A stretch of DNA of 64,000 nt from a virus. Its lineage: Duplodnaviria > Caudoviricetes. Below, piece after piece: positions 53,902-64,000 of this stretch. The notes beneath the pieces were generated by a model. That model saw only the letters and a list, made by a program, of their open reading frames with translations. It did not search any database and was not told where the DNA came from. Location of the stretch: the IMG/VR virus record IMGVR_UViG_3300025389_001023, positions 50,542 through 114,541 of that record; one strand, 5' to 3'. A program made the translations under genes and the position numbers. Each line of letters starts with the position of its first letter. Within the stretch, counting starts at the first letter, position 1.

Positions 53902-54501
53902 CTATTCTGGTCTGTTAGCTTCATTTTTTAACTCTAATATATCGGCAATACTAGACTCATCTTCCCACTCTAATCCAACCATTTTCCAATCGATTGATTT
54001 GGTTAATTTTACAATTTTTTCTTTTTTATTATTTTTTACTAAATCACAGATAGTTGGGTATTTATCTAACCACCAACTTTTTCTATCAAATGGATTGTTT
54101 GCCGCACTTTCTAAATCATATATAAATTTAACATTATCACTTAATTCTGATTTTAATTCAATATGACGTATTAACAATCTACCTTCAGTAATAAAATTGC
54201 ATTTTAATATCAACAGCATTGCTATAATTTGGTCGTATGGTTCTTCAGGAAGAGTACAAACTTTCATACCTGCTTTTATATAGTGGTCTATAGCTTGTGT
54301 TTCTTTTGATTCTATGAAAACGCTATCAGATAAACATTCACCTAAAAAATAAATGATTCTATCCATAGCAATATTTTGTTCAAGTATGGATTCTGTTTCT
54401 ACTTCCATACCTAATTTTACTTCATACACGTTCATTATAAATTTTTTTTCAAAATGAACACCTGCCATGAATCTAAAATCACGTTCTATTTTTGTCGCCA
54501 C
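53902..54501 (-). CDS. hypothetical protein, possibly a degenerate QueD-like T-fold
   Basis: ERDFRFMAG..., YEVKL and EPYDQIIA pattern; metal His residues absent. Confidence 0.45.
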   Translation of the reverse strand: MATKIERDFRFMAGVHFEKKFIMNVYEVKLGMEVETESILEQNIAMDRIIYFLGECLSDSVFIESKETQAIDHYIKAGMKVCTLPEEPYDQIIAMLLILKCNFITEGRLLIRHIELKSELSDNVKFIYDLESAANNPFDRKSWWLDKYPTICDLVKNNKKEKIVKLTKSIDWKMVGLEWEDESSIADILELKNEANRPE

Positions 54502-54755
54502 AGTTTATGTTCCTCTACTGTATTTGCTTTTTGCTCAATATTGACACCTGTTTTGATATTTTGTTTATTAAGCAACTCATCTAATTTTTTACCGCTTTCT
54601 TTACGGTAACTTTCTAGAGCCATCTGTAATTGACTGATAAGCGGGCCGTTGCCCGTGCGATATGCAAACGTAAGTTTAGTTGTTAATTTACCAATGGTTT
54701 CTTGTAGTTCTTCTATTGTTTTATCTGATAAGTTGTGTATAAAAGGATGTTCCAT
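54486..54755 (-). CDS. hypothetical coiled-coil protein
   Basis: 89 aa; begins MEHPFI. Confidence 0.7.
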   Translation of the reverse strand: MEHPFIHNLSDKTIEELQETIGKLTTKLTFAYRTGNGPLISQLQMALESYRKESGKKLDELLNKQNIKTGVNIEQKANTVEEHKLWRQK

Positions 54756-56486
54756 TTACGCCACTGCGCCCTTAATAACTGCAAAACTAAATATGGGTTG
54801 TTCAACTGTTGTTCCAGTCCTGTCAGCAAATGTGATTTGAAAGCTACCTGCGGCTACTGTTGATATATATGCTTCATATTTGTCTATGCCAGCTTTTTGA
54901 TTAACAATAATAACATCGTTAGCACCAACTGTACTGTTAGTAACAGTAAATGAGACATATGAAGAAGAACCTGCCGCAGACACAAGAGTGATTGCACCTG
55001 TTGTTTTATTGATAGTTACACCACTAGTACGTGAACCAGTTTGTGTTACTGTACCGCCAGCACCTGCGCTATAACCTATTCCACCAGTACTATTTGACGT
55101 AATGGATCCTGAAGAAAGAATATTACCAGTAGCAGATATATTACCACCTGCTGTAATATCACTAGCGACATTCAATGTTGTAAATGCATTTGGCGTTACA
55201 CTTGGGAGTATTGGAATCTGTTGCCAAATATCATCACCAACAAATACATTGGCTGTAGTTGCGGTATTACCAGTGGCTGTCGTTAATGTTACTAATGTTC
55301 CGGCTACACCATTTGTGCGTGATTGGCTTACTGTGATATTTGGACTAGAAATTGATTTGATATAATAAACTGTATTTGCATACAATCCACCAATGTTTGC
55401 AGTAAAAATAATAGGACTATTTACTACAAGTGATGTTGTGTCTGGAGTACCTAGGGTAATATTATTTGTAGCTGATGCTGTGCTTAATACATTCCTAGAA
55501 TATACTACTGATGAATTAGGTTCATAGGTATCAGTTGCAATATATAAGTAGTTAACTGGATTGGCATACATTAATCCACTACTACCAGCTAACACAACAT
55601 TACTTCCGCCTATTGTACTTGAAATTGTAAATGAATTACTACTTACAACATTTTTAACATAATAAGTTGCCCCTGATAAAACGTTAGCCTCAAAACTTAC
55701 ACCTGTAAACACAACAGGTAAATCTGTGTATAATTGACTTGTAGTATCAGTAGTACTAAAACAGTTGTTAGAATTGCTTGAAGTTATAGTTAGTTGTGAT
55801 AGTGAAGGTCCTACTGCAATATCACCGGGTACATCTCCATTAAATCCAACTGGAGAAATTAATCTAGTTTGAACTTGTGTTGATTGTCTTGGTCTATTGA
55901 TTGGCGAAATTGATAATGAATTACCGCAATCTAATGAACTAATAAGATAATTCAACTGTGCTACACCATTTGGTGCAGTAACGCTAACTAAATTACCAGT
56001 CATTGAATAATTTTCTAACGTACTAGCACCATAATTATTACCGGTGATAACGTTACCTGAAAAACTAATTACAGCGTTTGCATTTGATATGGCTAATTGT
56101 AATGTAACATTACTTTGTGTTCCTGTTGGTGCCCAGCTACCAAAGTTAAAAACTGTGTTTGCCGCAACTGTACCATATTGTACGTCACCTAATGTAACGT
56201 TTACCAATACAGTACCGCTTAGTGCGTTACCTAAATTGTATGTAGTTGCTCTAAAACTTCTGGTACTTGCATTGCTAATTAATGTATTAGCCATGTCATT
56301 ATTGACAGTGGTATTTTTTAATGCGTTTTTAACAACTACATTATTTTGCAAGTCTGTGATTTCAGTACTTGCAATATCTAAATTGGTTACAATAGATGCA
56401 AAGTTGTCACGGAAACCTTGGCTGTTATTGTTAACGCCCGGTACTGGATAATTTACATTGATTGGGTTAGTGTTAATATTGCTCAT
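54756..56486 (-). CDS. tail fibre / baseplate-associated structural protein
   Basis: YPV.G.NN.SQGFRDNF N-terminus; N/S/T-rich beta repeats; late box at 56505-56510. Confidence 0.7.
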   Translation of the reverse strand: MSNINTNPINVNYPVPGVNNNSQGFRDNFASIVTNLDIASTEITDLQNNVVVKNALKNTTVNNDMANTLISNASTRSFRATTYNLGNALSGTVLVNVTLGDVQYGTVAANTVFNFGSWAPTGTQSNVTLQLAISNANAVISFSGNVITGNNYGASTLENYSMTGNLVSVTAPNGVAQLNYLISSLDCGNSLSISPINRPRQSTQVQTRLISPVGFNGDVPGDIAVGPSLSQLTITSSNSNNCFSTTDTTSQLYTDLPVVFTGVSFEANVLSGATYYVKNVVSSNSFTISSTIGGSNVVLAGSSGLMYANPVNYLYIATDTYEPNSSVVYSRNVLSTASATNNITLGTPDTTSLVVNSPIIFTANIGGLYANTVYYIKSISSPNITVSQSRTNGVAGTLVTLTTATGNTATTANVFVGDDIWQQIPILPSVTPNAFTTLNVASDITAGGNISATGNILSSGSITSNSTGGIGYSAGAGGTVTQTGSRTSGVTINKTTGAITLVSAAGSSSYVSFTVTNSTVGANDVIIVNQKAGIDKYEAYISTVAAGSFQITFADRTGTTVEQPIFSFAVIKGAVA

Positions 56487-56507
56487 TTTTTATGTTCCAT
56501 AGTGTAT

Positions 56508-58991
56508 TTAGTATTGAGTTTTGTCCGGTAAAATAGTTTGTCTAGGGAATAATACATAAAAATCTTCACTATCCAATGGATTTGGTGTTGGACTTGCGCT
56601 AGGTAATCCTGTCCATGCGGGAGGATTAAGATTATTGTCATAATCATAGGTAGCACTTTTATCTACACTAAATCTATCAATTCTAAAATTAATTTGATTT
56701 AATGTATATGGCCAGTTGTTTTGTATGTTTGCTTGAATAGTTGATGCAAATCCTGGTTTAGTATAACATATTACCCATGCTTGAGTATAACCTAACGTGC
56801 TACCGTCTGCTTGTTGACTTGTCATCCATAATGGTAACAAACTGCTATTATAAACTTGTCCAACCACCTCACCTACACGTGTACGCATGTTATACAAACT
56901 ATTTGGATATAATGTTCGTGCGTAACCTGGGGTCAAACTTGTATAATATTGTTGATTTAGTAACTCAATGTAGCTTGTGTAAATGTTTGTAACGCTAGTA
57001 TACCAAGGCCCCAAATTTAAATCAATTGCCACTGGCCAATATATACTCATGGGAACACTTTGACCATTTGAATTTACTAAGTTATCTATAACTTCGCTGT
57101 AAACGACTTCGTAAATTATATTACCGTTATCATCTTTTGCTACAGCAGTTTTTAGTTGACCTAATGTAATATTTCTCCAATAATGATTTTGAGTAACTGC
57201 TTCAAGGTATTCTTGTATGTCACTTGCAAATATACCATAAGCATGTTCGTACACTACATCAGTGGCTTTTCCAAAGTACTCATCGTCAGGTCTATACAAC
57301 ATACTAGTTGGTATTAATGTATCATCATTTAACAATGAATTAATAATATTTCTATCATTTAATGAAGGTGTTGCCTTTATGTATAATGTATCAGTGGGTT
57401 GGCTAAAATTTTGTAACACAGTTACAGTAAATGTGTTATTTGATTGCACTACATTAAATGTAGGTGAATACGCCTGAACAGTAAATGTGAAATCTGTTGT
57501 GGCTCCAACGGACAACAATTGGTTTGTTGGTTGATCCGCTACGAAACCTGTCAATTCGCCGTTGCTTAATAATGTTAAATTAGGGGGTAGTGTACCAGAT
57601 ACCAATCTGTATTCTAATGGTGTATCACTAGTGGCTAATACACTTAGCGTACTTATTGTGCCGTTATATATTTCACCTAAATTACTAGGTGTGATCCATG
57701 TAATTATTCCAGTAACATTTAAACTAACATTGAATGAAAAATTAAAGTTAACACTACTAATACTTGTGTTGCCGGCTTTTCTTACACTTACATTGAATGA
57801 GAAATTGTTTATTCCGGAACTGGATAACATTGGTGTTCCTGTTATCCATCCTGTATTAGGATCACCAGTTAAACCTCGAGGTAAATTTGAATAGATATAC
57901 TGTAGTGAATTACCATCAAAATCATAACCTATTACTTTAAAGGCAAATAAATTACCACTTTCAAATGTTCCTATAAATGCATTTACAGACGGACTTACTG
58001 GTGGTAATATATAATACCCATAATATGGATCATTTGCATTTACTGAAATAGTTAATGGTCTAGTGTTTAGTATAGTAGGTACTCTAGTATTAGGTGGGTT
58101 ACCAGGACCACCTTGACTAACAGGAGTATTCTGATTAATTACTGTTATTGAGTAACCCACAAGATTACCACCCAACGGGCTTAATAATCTAAGAGTAAAA
58201 TTATACGTTGTAATTGTTGGTTCACCTACAGATACAGGAGGTAAACGAACACTCATTACTCCAGTTGCATCACTTAATATAAATGTGCTACCATTTTGTG
58301 TAGAAGAAATAGTAAACGCATTATTTACTGTATCAATTGATGCAACATAATATGTTTGGTCAGCTGTTATTCCGCCAAATACGTTATCAAAAATAATAGG
58401 TCTGCCAACTGAAAATCCTGTTACACTTAAACAGTATATAGAATTTGTTGATGAAACTGTAGATAATGCTACTGTTGTTATTAAAGGTAGTGTTAAATCA
58501 ATAACAGGTGGCTCAGGATAACCCTGTATTAATCCACTAGTTGAAATTTCTAATCCTGGAGGAAGAAAACCTTCTTGTACTTCTACAATAACTGGATTAC
58601 TAGTATTTGGATTAGAATATTCAATTTGTATTTGTGTCCAAATACTATCTTGTGTACTCAATAATGAACCGCTTGGTGTTGTAAATTGAGGTACTGCAAC
58701 TCCAGTAATCGTAATACTAAATGTAGCATCACGTAAATTACCTAAATCGTCTGTGGCACGTACAGCAAATGTAGTAGTTGTGCTAGTTGTAACTAATGTT
58801 GGAATTCCACTAATGATACCTGTAGTTGAATCTAATACAAGATTAGTTGGTAATGCTCCGGCTAATAGTGTATATGTAATTGTTGTTGCGGGACTTACCG
58901 GTGATGCCGACAGTGGAAATGCCATACTAATGCCGTATGGATATGTTCCTATTGAGGATCCTGAGGGTGTGTTCCAAATTGGTTGTGCCAT
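56508..58991 (-). CDS. baseplate wedge-like structural protein with putative Ig repeats
   Basis: repeated G.LP.GL.L...G.I.G.P and FTF.V motifs. Confidence 0.75.
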   Translation of the reverse strand: MAQPIWNTPSGSSIGTYPYGISMAFPLSASPVSPATTITYTLLAGALPTNLVLDSTTGIISGIPTLVTTSTTTTFAVRATDDLGNLRDATFSITITGVAVPQFTTPSGSLLSTQDSIWTQIQIEYSNPNTSNPVIVEVQEGFLPPGLEISTSGLIQGYPEPPVIDLTLPLITTVALSTVSSTNSIYCLSVTGFSVGRPIIFDNVFGGITADQTYYVASIDTVNNAFTISSTQNGSTFILSDATGVMSVRLPPVSVGEPTITTYNFTLRLLSPLGGNLVGYSITVINQNTPVSQGGPGNPPNTRVPTILNTRPLTISVNANDPYYGYYILPPVSPSVNAFIGTFESGNLFAFKVIGYDFDGNSLQYIYSNLPRGLTGDPNTGWITGTPMLSSSGINNFSFNVSVRKAGNTSISSVNFNFSFNVSLNVTGIITWITPSNLGEIYNGTISTLSVLATSDTPLEYRLVSGTLPPNLTLLSNGELTGFVADQPTNQLLSVGATTDFTFTVQAYSPTFNVVQSNNTFTVTVLQNFSQPTDTLYIKATPSLNDRNIINSLLNDDTLIPTSMLYRPDDEYFGKATDVVYEHAYGIFASDIQEYLEAVTQNHYWRNITLGQLKTAVAKDDNGNIIYEVVYSEVIDNLVNSNGQSVPMSIYWPVAIDLNLGPWYTSVTNIYTSYIELLNQQYYTSLTPGYARTLYPNSLYNMRTRVGEVVGQVYNSSLLPLWMTSQQADGSTLGYTQAWVICYTKPGFASTIQANIQNNWPYTLNQINFRIDRFSVDKSATYDYDNNLNPPAWTGLPSASPTPNPLDSEDFYVLFPRQTILPDKTQY

Positions 58992-58992
58992 T

Positions 58993-59613
58993 TTAACCTT
59001 GTAGATACTGCATTGCTATATCAAAATTGTGTTTTCTTTCTTCTAAACCAATTGTACCACCGTTGATACGTTTGGTTAGTGTTACAAAATCACCACTATC
59101 GCAATATTGATTTAATTTGTTATTATCCCAAAACCATCCAGCACTTGCAGTAGCACCATTTGGTGTACCCATATAAACTACTGTATCATCTAAACTAATG
59201 CCTAAATCATTTGCAAATTTAGTATAATTGTCACGACCAGTCAATTGAATTAAACCACGACCTCTAAATTTGAAACCATCACCGCTAGCCTCATCGCCAT
59301 TGTTCATACGATTTGCATAAACACGATTAGCAATCTTTTCAGGTTGACGTTCATACTGCAATGCTAATTCTTCTGTTGGGAAATATTTTTTAAATGTTAC
59401 CATTAATCCCTTAGCACTATAATTTAGATTTTCTATCGTAGCATTAAACCCACCTGACTCATGCGCTACTTGTGCTATAAATCCTGCAACTCTTGCTGGA
59501 TTAACATTCATTTCATAATAATCAGCAACTGTGTTTAATGGTTCAAGATAGCTTTCAAGAACGCTTTGGTGTGTTTTAGGACACACATGAGTTAATAAAT
59601 CTAATGTTATCAT
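58993..59613 (-). CDS. GH19 endolysin (start likely MITLDLL)
   Basis: AQVAHESGGF, ENLNYS, GDG.KFRGRGLIQLTG and TKRINGG motifs; AAGGAA RBS. Confidence 0.9.
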   Translation of the reverse strand: MITLDLLTHVCPKTHQSVLESYLEPLNTVADYYEMNVNPARVAGFIAQVAHESGGFNATIENLNYSAKGLMVTFKKYFPTEELALQYERQPEKIANRVYANRMNNGDEASGDGFKFRGRGLIQLTGRDNYTKFANDLGISLDDTVVYMGTPNGATASAGWFWDNNKLNQYCDSGDFVTLTKRINGGTIGLEERKHNFDIAMQYLQG

Positions 59614-59623
59614 TGTATTTTCC

Positions 59624-62600
59624 TTATGAATAAGTTGCGCCACCAGTGTACCATTGTGTAGTAGTTGGAGCGATATAAGTTATTGTTGCACCCGCACCTT
59701 GAGTGTATCCTGCATTAGCACTTAGTGAATTAATTATACCACTTGATGCTGGATAAACAAGTAATGCATTTGCACTAGTGTTTGTTATATGTATAACCAT
59801 ACCAGCAACTGCGGTTGGTAATATAACACCTTGACCACTGCTAACAGTAGATACTACATTAATTTCTTTTGTAAGTGTTGTAGCAGTACCCTGTGTTGAT
59901 CCGGCTGCTGAAATACCCGTTCCAACTGAACGAATATGATACGCACTTGCAGTTATATTAGCACCACTGATATTACCAGTAACTGCTAAACTAGTTAGTG
60001 TGCCAACACTAGTGATGTTTGGCTGTGCCGCTGTTGCTAGTGTACCAGTAATTAAACCTGTATTTGCTGTGATGTTAACTGCGGTCAATGTACCATTAAC
60101 ACTTAATCCAGTTAATGTACCAACACTTGTAATATTACCCTGTGCATTACCATAAACAGTACCGGCAACCAATGCATTACCAACTTGACCAGTTACGTTA
60201 GCCCCTGCTACTGCATTGGCTGTAGTTGCGTATGCTACAGCGCCAGTAACGTTAGCACCAGCTACTGCATATGCATTTAGTGCGTTACCAACATTACCTG
60301 ATATGTTAGCACCTTGAATATTACTTAAGTTATTACCACTACCTATAAAATAATTAGCTGTTGCGGCATTACCCAAATTAGCATTGCCTGAGGTTAAATT
60401 GCCAGTTAAATTAGTGTAACCAGAAACATTCACACCGGTACTAGTAAATACCGCAGTATTTGCTGTCCCTCCTATGGATATTGCAATGTTACTATTTCCG
60501 TATACAGTAACATTTGAATTACCATTAATGAGTTGTGAGCCGGCTCCTACTGTAATACCGGTTAATTGACTACCGTTACCGATAAAATAGTTTGCTGATA
60601 AATTACCATTTACATCTCTTAATGCAATAGTATTTCCAGTGTTTGACGAACTTTGAGTATATGTATTTAAGTATGCAGAGTTATTTGCATTAGCAACAGT
60701 ACCGCTTACATTGGCACCTGCTACTGAATTAGCAGTTGTTGCGTATGCCACTGCACCTGTTACATTAGCTCCTGCCACTGAGTTAGCTGTAGTTGCATAA
60801 TTTGCTAGATTAATCGTACCTGTTATATTTGCGGCAGCTACTGAGTTCGCTGTAGTTGCATATGATACCGCACCTGTTACGTTAGCACCTGCTACTGCAT
60901 TGGCCGTTGTTGCGTATGCTACTGCACCTGTTACATTAGCTCCTGCCACTGAGTTAGCTGTAGTTGCATATGATACCGCACCTGTTACGTTAGCACCTGC
61001 TACTGCATTGGCCGTTGTTGCGTATGCTACTGCACCAGTTACGTTAGCCCCTGCTACTGCATTGGCCGTTGTTGCGTATGCTACTGCACCTGTTACATTA
61101 GCACCTTGAATATTACTTAAGTTATTACCACTACCTATAAAATAATTAGCTGTTGCGGCATTACCCAAATTAGCATTAGCTGTTATTAAATTACCTGTCA
61201 TTGTAACAAGATTTGATGTCTTGTTAAATGTAAATCCTGCGGTAGCATTTGCATTACCGTTGTCGTTAAATAACACTTGTGTGTTACTACCATTTACAGT
61301 AATGTTACCTGATATATTACCAACTACGTTACCAATAAAATTATTAGCTGTAATGTTACCGGTAGCAGTTAATGAACCTGCAACATTAACATTAGTTCCA
61401 GTAACTATTAATGTTGAATTACCTACTGCGGTTATTACTACATTGCCGTTGGCACTTGGAATACTCACATTACTATTACCATTAGCCAACACACCAATGA
61501 ATGCACTTGCAGATAAATTACCGGTAAAATTACCTGTACCCGCTACATTAATACCGGTACCAGTTATATTAGCAATGCTAACACCAACGGCATTAAAATT
61601 AATATTTCCACCACCTAATATATTAATGTTGCTGTTACCATTTGCAAGAGTACCAACAAAATTACCGCTAGTTGTATTACCGGTTACTGTAAGACTTGTT
61701 AATGTCCCCACACTATTGATATTAGGTTGTGCATTTGTAGTTACAGTACCAGCTGTTGATGCAGTATTGGCTTGTCCATATAAGTTACCAACAAAGTAAT
61801 TGGCATTTGCACTATTACCTAAGTTAGCATTTGCAAAATTTGCAAAACCACCAGTTGCATTACCTAACCAGGTTAAACCACGCACATTGCCTAAACTGTT
61901 GTATATTACTACACCATTAGAAGCTAAAGTTATATTACTTCCAAATGCAAATTCACTATTGGCATTAGTCCAACCCATGAATGCTGTTACTGGAGTTGTA
62001 GTATAATACTGTAACTCAATACCTCTATCTTTACCATCATTGGTTATTAATGCATTACCGTTAGGACCGCCACCTAATGATATAATAGGATCTTCTACAT
62101 CAAATGAAGTTACATTATAATATATTGCATTACCTTGAACTTCTAAATTACCAGTGATTATTGTATTACCATTAACAGTTAATGAATTTGTATTTGCATT
62201 CCCATTAACAGTCAATCCAGTTAAATTACCAACGCTCGTAATATTAGGTTGAGCATTTGTAGTTACCACACCAGCAAAAGATGCATAATTGGCATTAGAT
62301 ACACTTGCATTACCTATACTTAAATTACTAAGTAAATGTCCATCACCGCTAAAATAATTAGCTGTTACTAAATTACCTAAATTTGCATTAGCAGAATTGA
62401 TATTTCCCGATGCATTAACATACCCTGCAACATTAATACCTGTATCGGTAATGGTAGCAGTAGTGTTACTTATTGCAATAAGGTTAATATAGTTATTGGA
62501 AGATATTGAAATACTACTATTACCATTTGCATATGCACCTGTTAACGTATTGGCAACTATATTATTTGCTATTATATTGCCATCTACTGTTAATATATCA

Positions 62601-63280
62601 TTTGCGCTATCAAACGTGAAATTTGCGCTACCACCAAAACCACCGGTGTTATTAAATTGCACATATGAATTCAATCCTCCGGGGCTCCCGTTACCTGTTG
62701 CAACAGCAGACCAAAATAAATTTCCACTACCATTAGTTGCTAACACGTAGCCTGCACTACCTCCCGGAATATGTAAATTTGCTACATTACCAACACTAAC
62801 ATTTGAACCTGTAAATGATGCGTTACCTGATACATTTAATCCTGTTAATGTACCTATAGTTGTTATATTAGGTTGGCTATTAGAATTTGCTGTTAATGTT
62901 CCATTGAACTTTGATAAATTATTGCCTACATCAGCAAAATAGTTAGATTGAACTACTGCAGGATTAATATCTATGTTTAGTGTTTGAGAACTATTTACAA
63001 TAGTTGCATTACTCTTTGTGTTATCAGCACCAGTACCCATCACCAATGATGTTGTTGAAACTCTTACACATGCAATGTTAGCACTAACTACAACGTTACC
63101 TGTAGGTGAGTTAACAGTTATACCTGCACTTGGGGTATTATTTACTGATAAAACTGCCGATTCAGAATTAGCATTGAATAACTGTGTAAAGTTATTTTGT
63201 ACTTTTTGAAAAGCGGTTCTTATTGCGTCAGCGGAAGGATCATCAGGAAAGGATCCAAAGTCTATATTTTGTTGGCTCAT
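59624..63280 (-). CDS. long tail fibre
   Basis: IDFG..PDD..AD.IR.AF.K...NF N-terminus; AQPNITSVG and ANVTGAVAYATTANAVAG repeats; late box at 63304-63309. Confidence 0.8.
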   Translation of the reverse strand: MSQQNIDFGSFPDDPSADAIRTAFQKVQNNFTQLFNANSESAVLSVNNTPSAGITVNSPTGNVVVSANIACVRVSTTSLVMGTGADNTKSNATIVNSSQTLNIDINPAVVQSNYFADVGNNLSKFNGTLTANSNSQPNITTIGTLTGLNVSGNASFTGSNVSVGNVANLHIPGGSAGYVLATNGSGNLFWSAVATGNGSPGGLNSYVQFNNTGGFGGSANFTFDSANDILTVDGNIIANNIVANTLTGAYANGNSSISISSNNYINLIAISNTTATITDTGINVAGYVNASGNINSANANLGNLVTANYFSGDGHLLSNLSIGNASVSNANYASFAGVVTTNAQPNITSVGNLTGLTVNGNANTNSLTVNGNTIITGNLEVQGNAIYYNVTSFDVEDPIISLGGGPNGNALITNDGKDRGIELQYYTTTPVTAFMGWTNANSEFAFGSNITLASNGVVIYNSLGNVRGLTWLGNATGGFANFANANLGNSANANYFVGNLYGQANTASTAGTVTTNAQPNINSVGTLTSLTVTGNTTSGNFVGTLANGNSNINILGGGNINFNAVGVSIANITGTGINVAGTGNFTGNLSASAFIGVLANGNSNVSIPSANGNVVITAVGNSTLIVTGTNVNVAGSLTATGNITANNFIGNVVGNISGNITVNGSNTQVLFNDNGNANATAGFTFNKTSNLVTMTGNLITANANLGNAATANYFIGSGNNLSNIQGANVTGAVAYATTANAVAGANVTGAVAYATTANAVAGANVTGAVSYATTANSVAGANVTGAVAYATTANAVAGANVTGAVSYATTANSVAAANITGTINLANYATTANSVAGANVTGAVAYATTANSVAGANVSGTVANANNSAYLNTYTQSSSNTGNTIALRDVNGNLSANYFIGNGSQLTGITVGAGSQLINGNSNVTVYGNSNIAISIGGTANTAVFTSTGVNVSGYTNLTGNLTSGNANLGNAATANYFIGSGNNLSNIQGANISGNVGNALNAYAVAGANVTGAVAYATTANAVAGANVTGQVGNALVAGTVYGNAQGNITSVGTLTGLSVNGTLTAVNITANTGLITGTLATAAQPNITSVGTLTSLAVTGNISGANITASAYHIRSVGTGISAAGSTQGTATTLTKEINVVSTVSSGQGVILPTAVAGMVIHITNTSANALLVYPASSGIINSLSANAGYTQGAGATITYIAPTTTQWYTGGATYS
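60306..61177. repeat. exact 80-bp duplication (60306-60385 and 61098-61177)
   Basis: identical ttagcaccttgaatattac...cccaaattagcatt at both positions. Confidence 0.88.
60710..61102 (-). repeat. 54-bp (18-aa) tandem repeat ANVTGAV(A/S)YATTAN(A/S)VAG, about seven units
   Basis: seen directly in the DNA and the protein; one more copy near 60190-60260. Confidence 0.88.
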
Positions 63281-63333
63281 GTTATGTATACCTAATCATA
63301 AAGTATTTATCGTTTTTTTAGAAACATCTATCC

Positions 63334-63362
63334 AAAAAAATACCCGGTTGCCCGGGTATTTT
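63334..63362 (-). terminator. intrinsic terminator
   Basis: AAAATACCCGG-GCAA-CCGGGTATTTTTTT. Confidence 0.85.
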
Positions 63363-63377
63363 GAGTGCTGTGTACGA

Positions 63378-64000
63378 TTAGATACCAGCTAGTTTTTTCC
63401 AATCAGTAATAGATTCGTTAAGTTGTTTTGACTCCTTAACACCCATACGTGATGTTTGACCAGCAATAACAGGTATTGTTGTTTGACCTGTTGATTTAGG
63501 TTTATTCAAGCCACCTGCAATAACCTTAGTCATAAACTCAATGTCTTGTTCAAATGTAGTGTCAGATACTGTTTTACCAGGACCTGCATCGTTTGCCCAT
63601 TCGTCAAGTTTCTTATCTTTTTTGTCATCATACTCGATATCTTTTTTGACTTTTTTACCAGCTTTTTCAGCTTTGTCATCATCTTTACCTTTGTGACCTT
63701 CATCATATTCAATATCTTTTGCAACTTTTTTAGCAGCCTTTTCTGCCTTGTCATCTTTTTCACTAGTTGATTCTTCAGATAACCATGCTAACTTTTTGTA
63801 AAGACTTTCAAATGTAAATGATTCTTCTACACTCTCATCACACTCACATGGATTGTGATGACATGTTTGGCACATTTCACCTTCTTCAATTTCATCATCC
63901 GCATCAACTGGACCTAATTCTTCTGGTAATTTACAACCAAGAATCTTGCAAACTTCTTCGTAATTGATTTGATTTTCATCACCAATATATTGAATAGCTT
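63378..64000 (-). CDS. acidic, charged head-core/scaffold-type protein, 5' end beyond the window
   Basis: frame stays open to the window edge; many xEE/LxE linkers; C-terminal WKKLAGI. Confidence 0.6.
   Translation of the reverse strand, partial: AIQYIGDENQINYEEVCKILGCKLPEELGPVDADDEIEEGEMCQTCHHNPCECDESVEESFTFESLYKKLAWLSEESTSEKDDKAEKAAKKVAKDIEYDEGHKGKDDDKAEKAGKKVKKDIEYDDKKDKKLDEWANDAGPGKTVSDTTFEQDIEFMTKVIAGGLNKPKSTGQTTIPVIAGQTSRMGVKESKQLNESITDWKKLAGI

Noticed and set aside
60306-61177. 80-bp duplication as a DGR template/variable repeat pair
   Set aside because: The copies are identical, with no adenine-specific mismatches; both are mid-gene; there is no reverse transcriptase in the window.
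711-63770. Numerous short plus-strand and nested ORFs in the ORF track (e.g. 38672-39211, 48199-48561, 61221-61799)
   Set aside because: They are antisense or alternate-frame shadows of well-supported genes, with no RBS or motifs.
1-64000. Stop-codon reassignment
   Set aside because: Genes are full length and densely packed under the standard bacterial code.

Overview
A 64-kb segment of a large, AT-rich, T4-like (myovirus-type) phage genome. Almost all genes lie on the minus strand. The host is probably a Gram-negative proteobacterium (inferred from ClpA, a Bug/TctC transporter and sigma70 promoters). Contents: (i) replication and repair genes (RNase H/5'-3' exonuclease, UvsE, family B DNA polymerase, probable clamp, clamp loader, DsbA-like protein, a stand-alone DnaE fragment); (ii) a 7-deazaguanine cluster (folE, queD, queE, a second T-fold protein, a TGT/DpdA-like transglycosylase) with no queC in the window, interleaved with two GT-B glycosyltransferases, a sugar epimerase, a cytidylyltransferase and a CysC-like kinase; (iii) a late operon with a tripartite tricarboxylate transporter (TctA/TctC), a di-iron protein, a C26 amidotransferase, sulfotransferase-like proteins and a dioxygenase; (iv) proteins with T4-like capsid-targeting N-termini and Glu-ending linkers, including a modular polyprotein whose domains are joined by an exact 20-bp repeat (KQGVAEG) and which hides an internal twin-arginine signal peptide; (v) chaperones (DnaJ, ClpA, GroES), PhoH and Dps; (vi) lysis and tail/baseplate genes. 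Regulatory signals include sigma70 promoters, T4-late-like TAAATA boxes and several terminators. There are three candidate structured RNAs: a pseudoknot in the queD leader, hairpins in the folE leader and a GC-rich intergenic element. I recognised no tRNA, rRNA, CRISPR array or IS element. All product calls come from motif recognition by eye; no database search was run.
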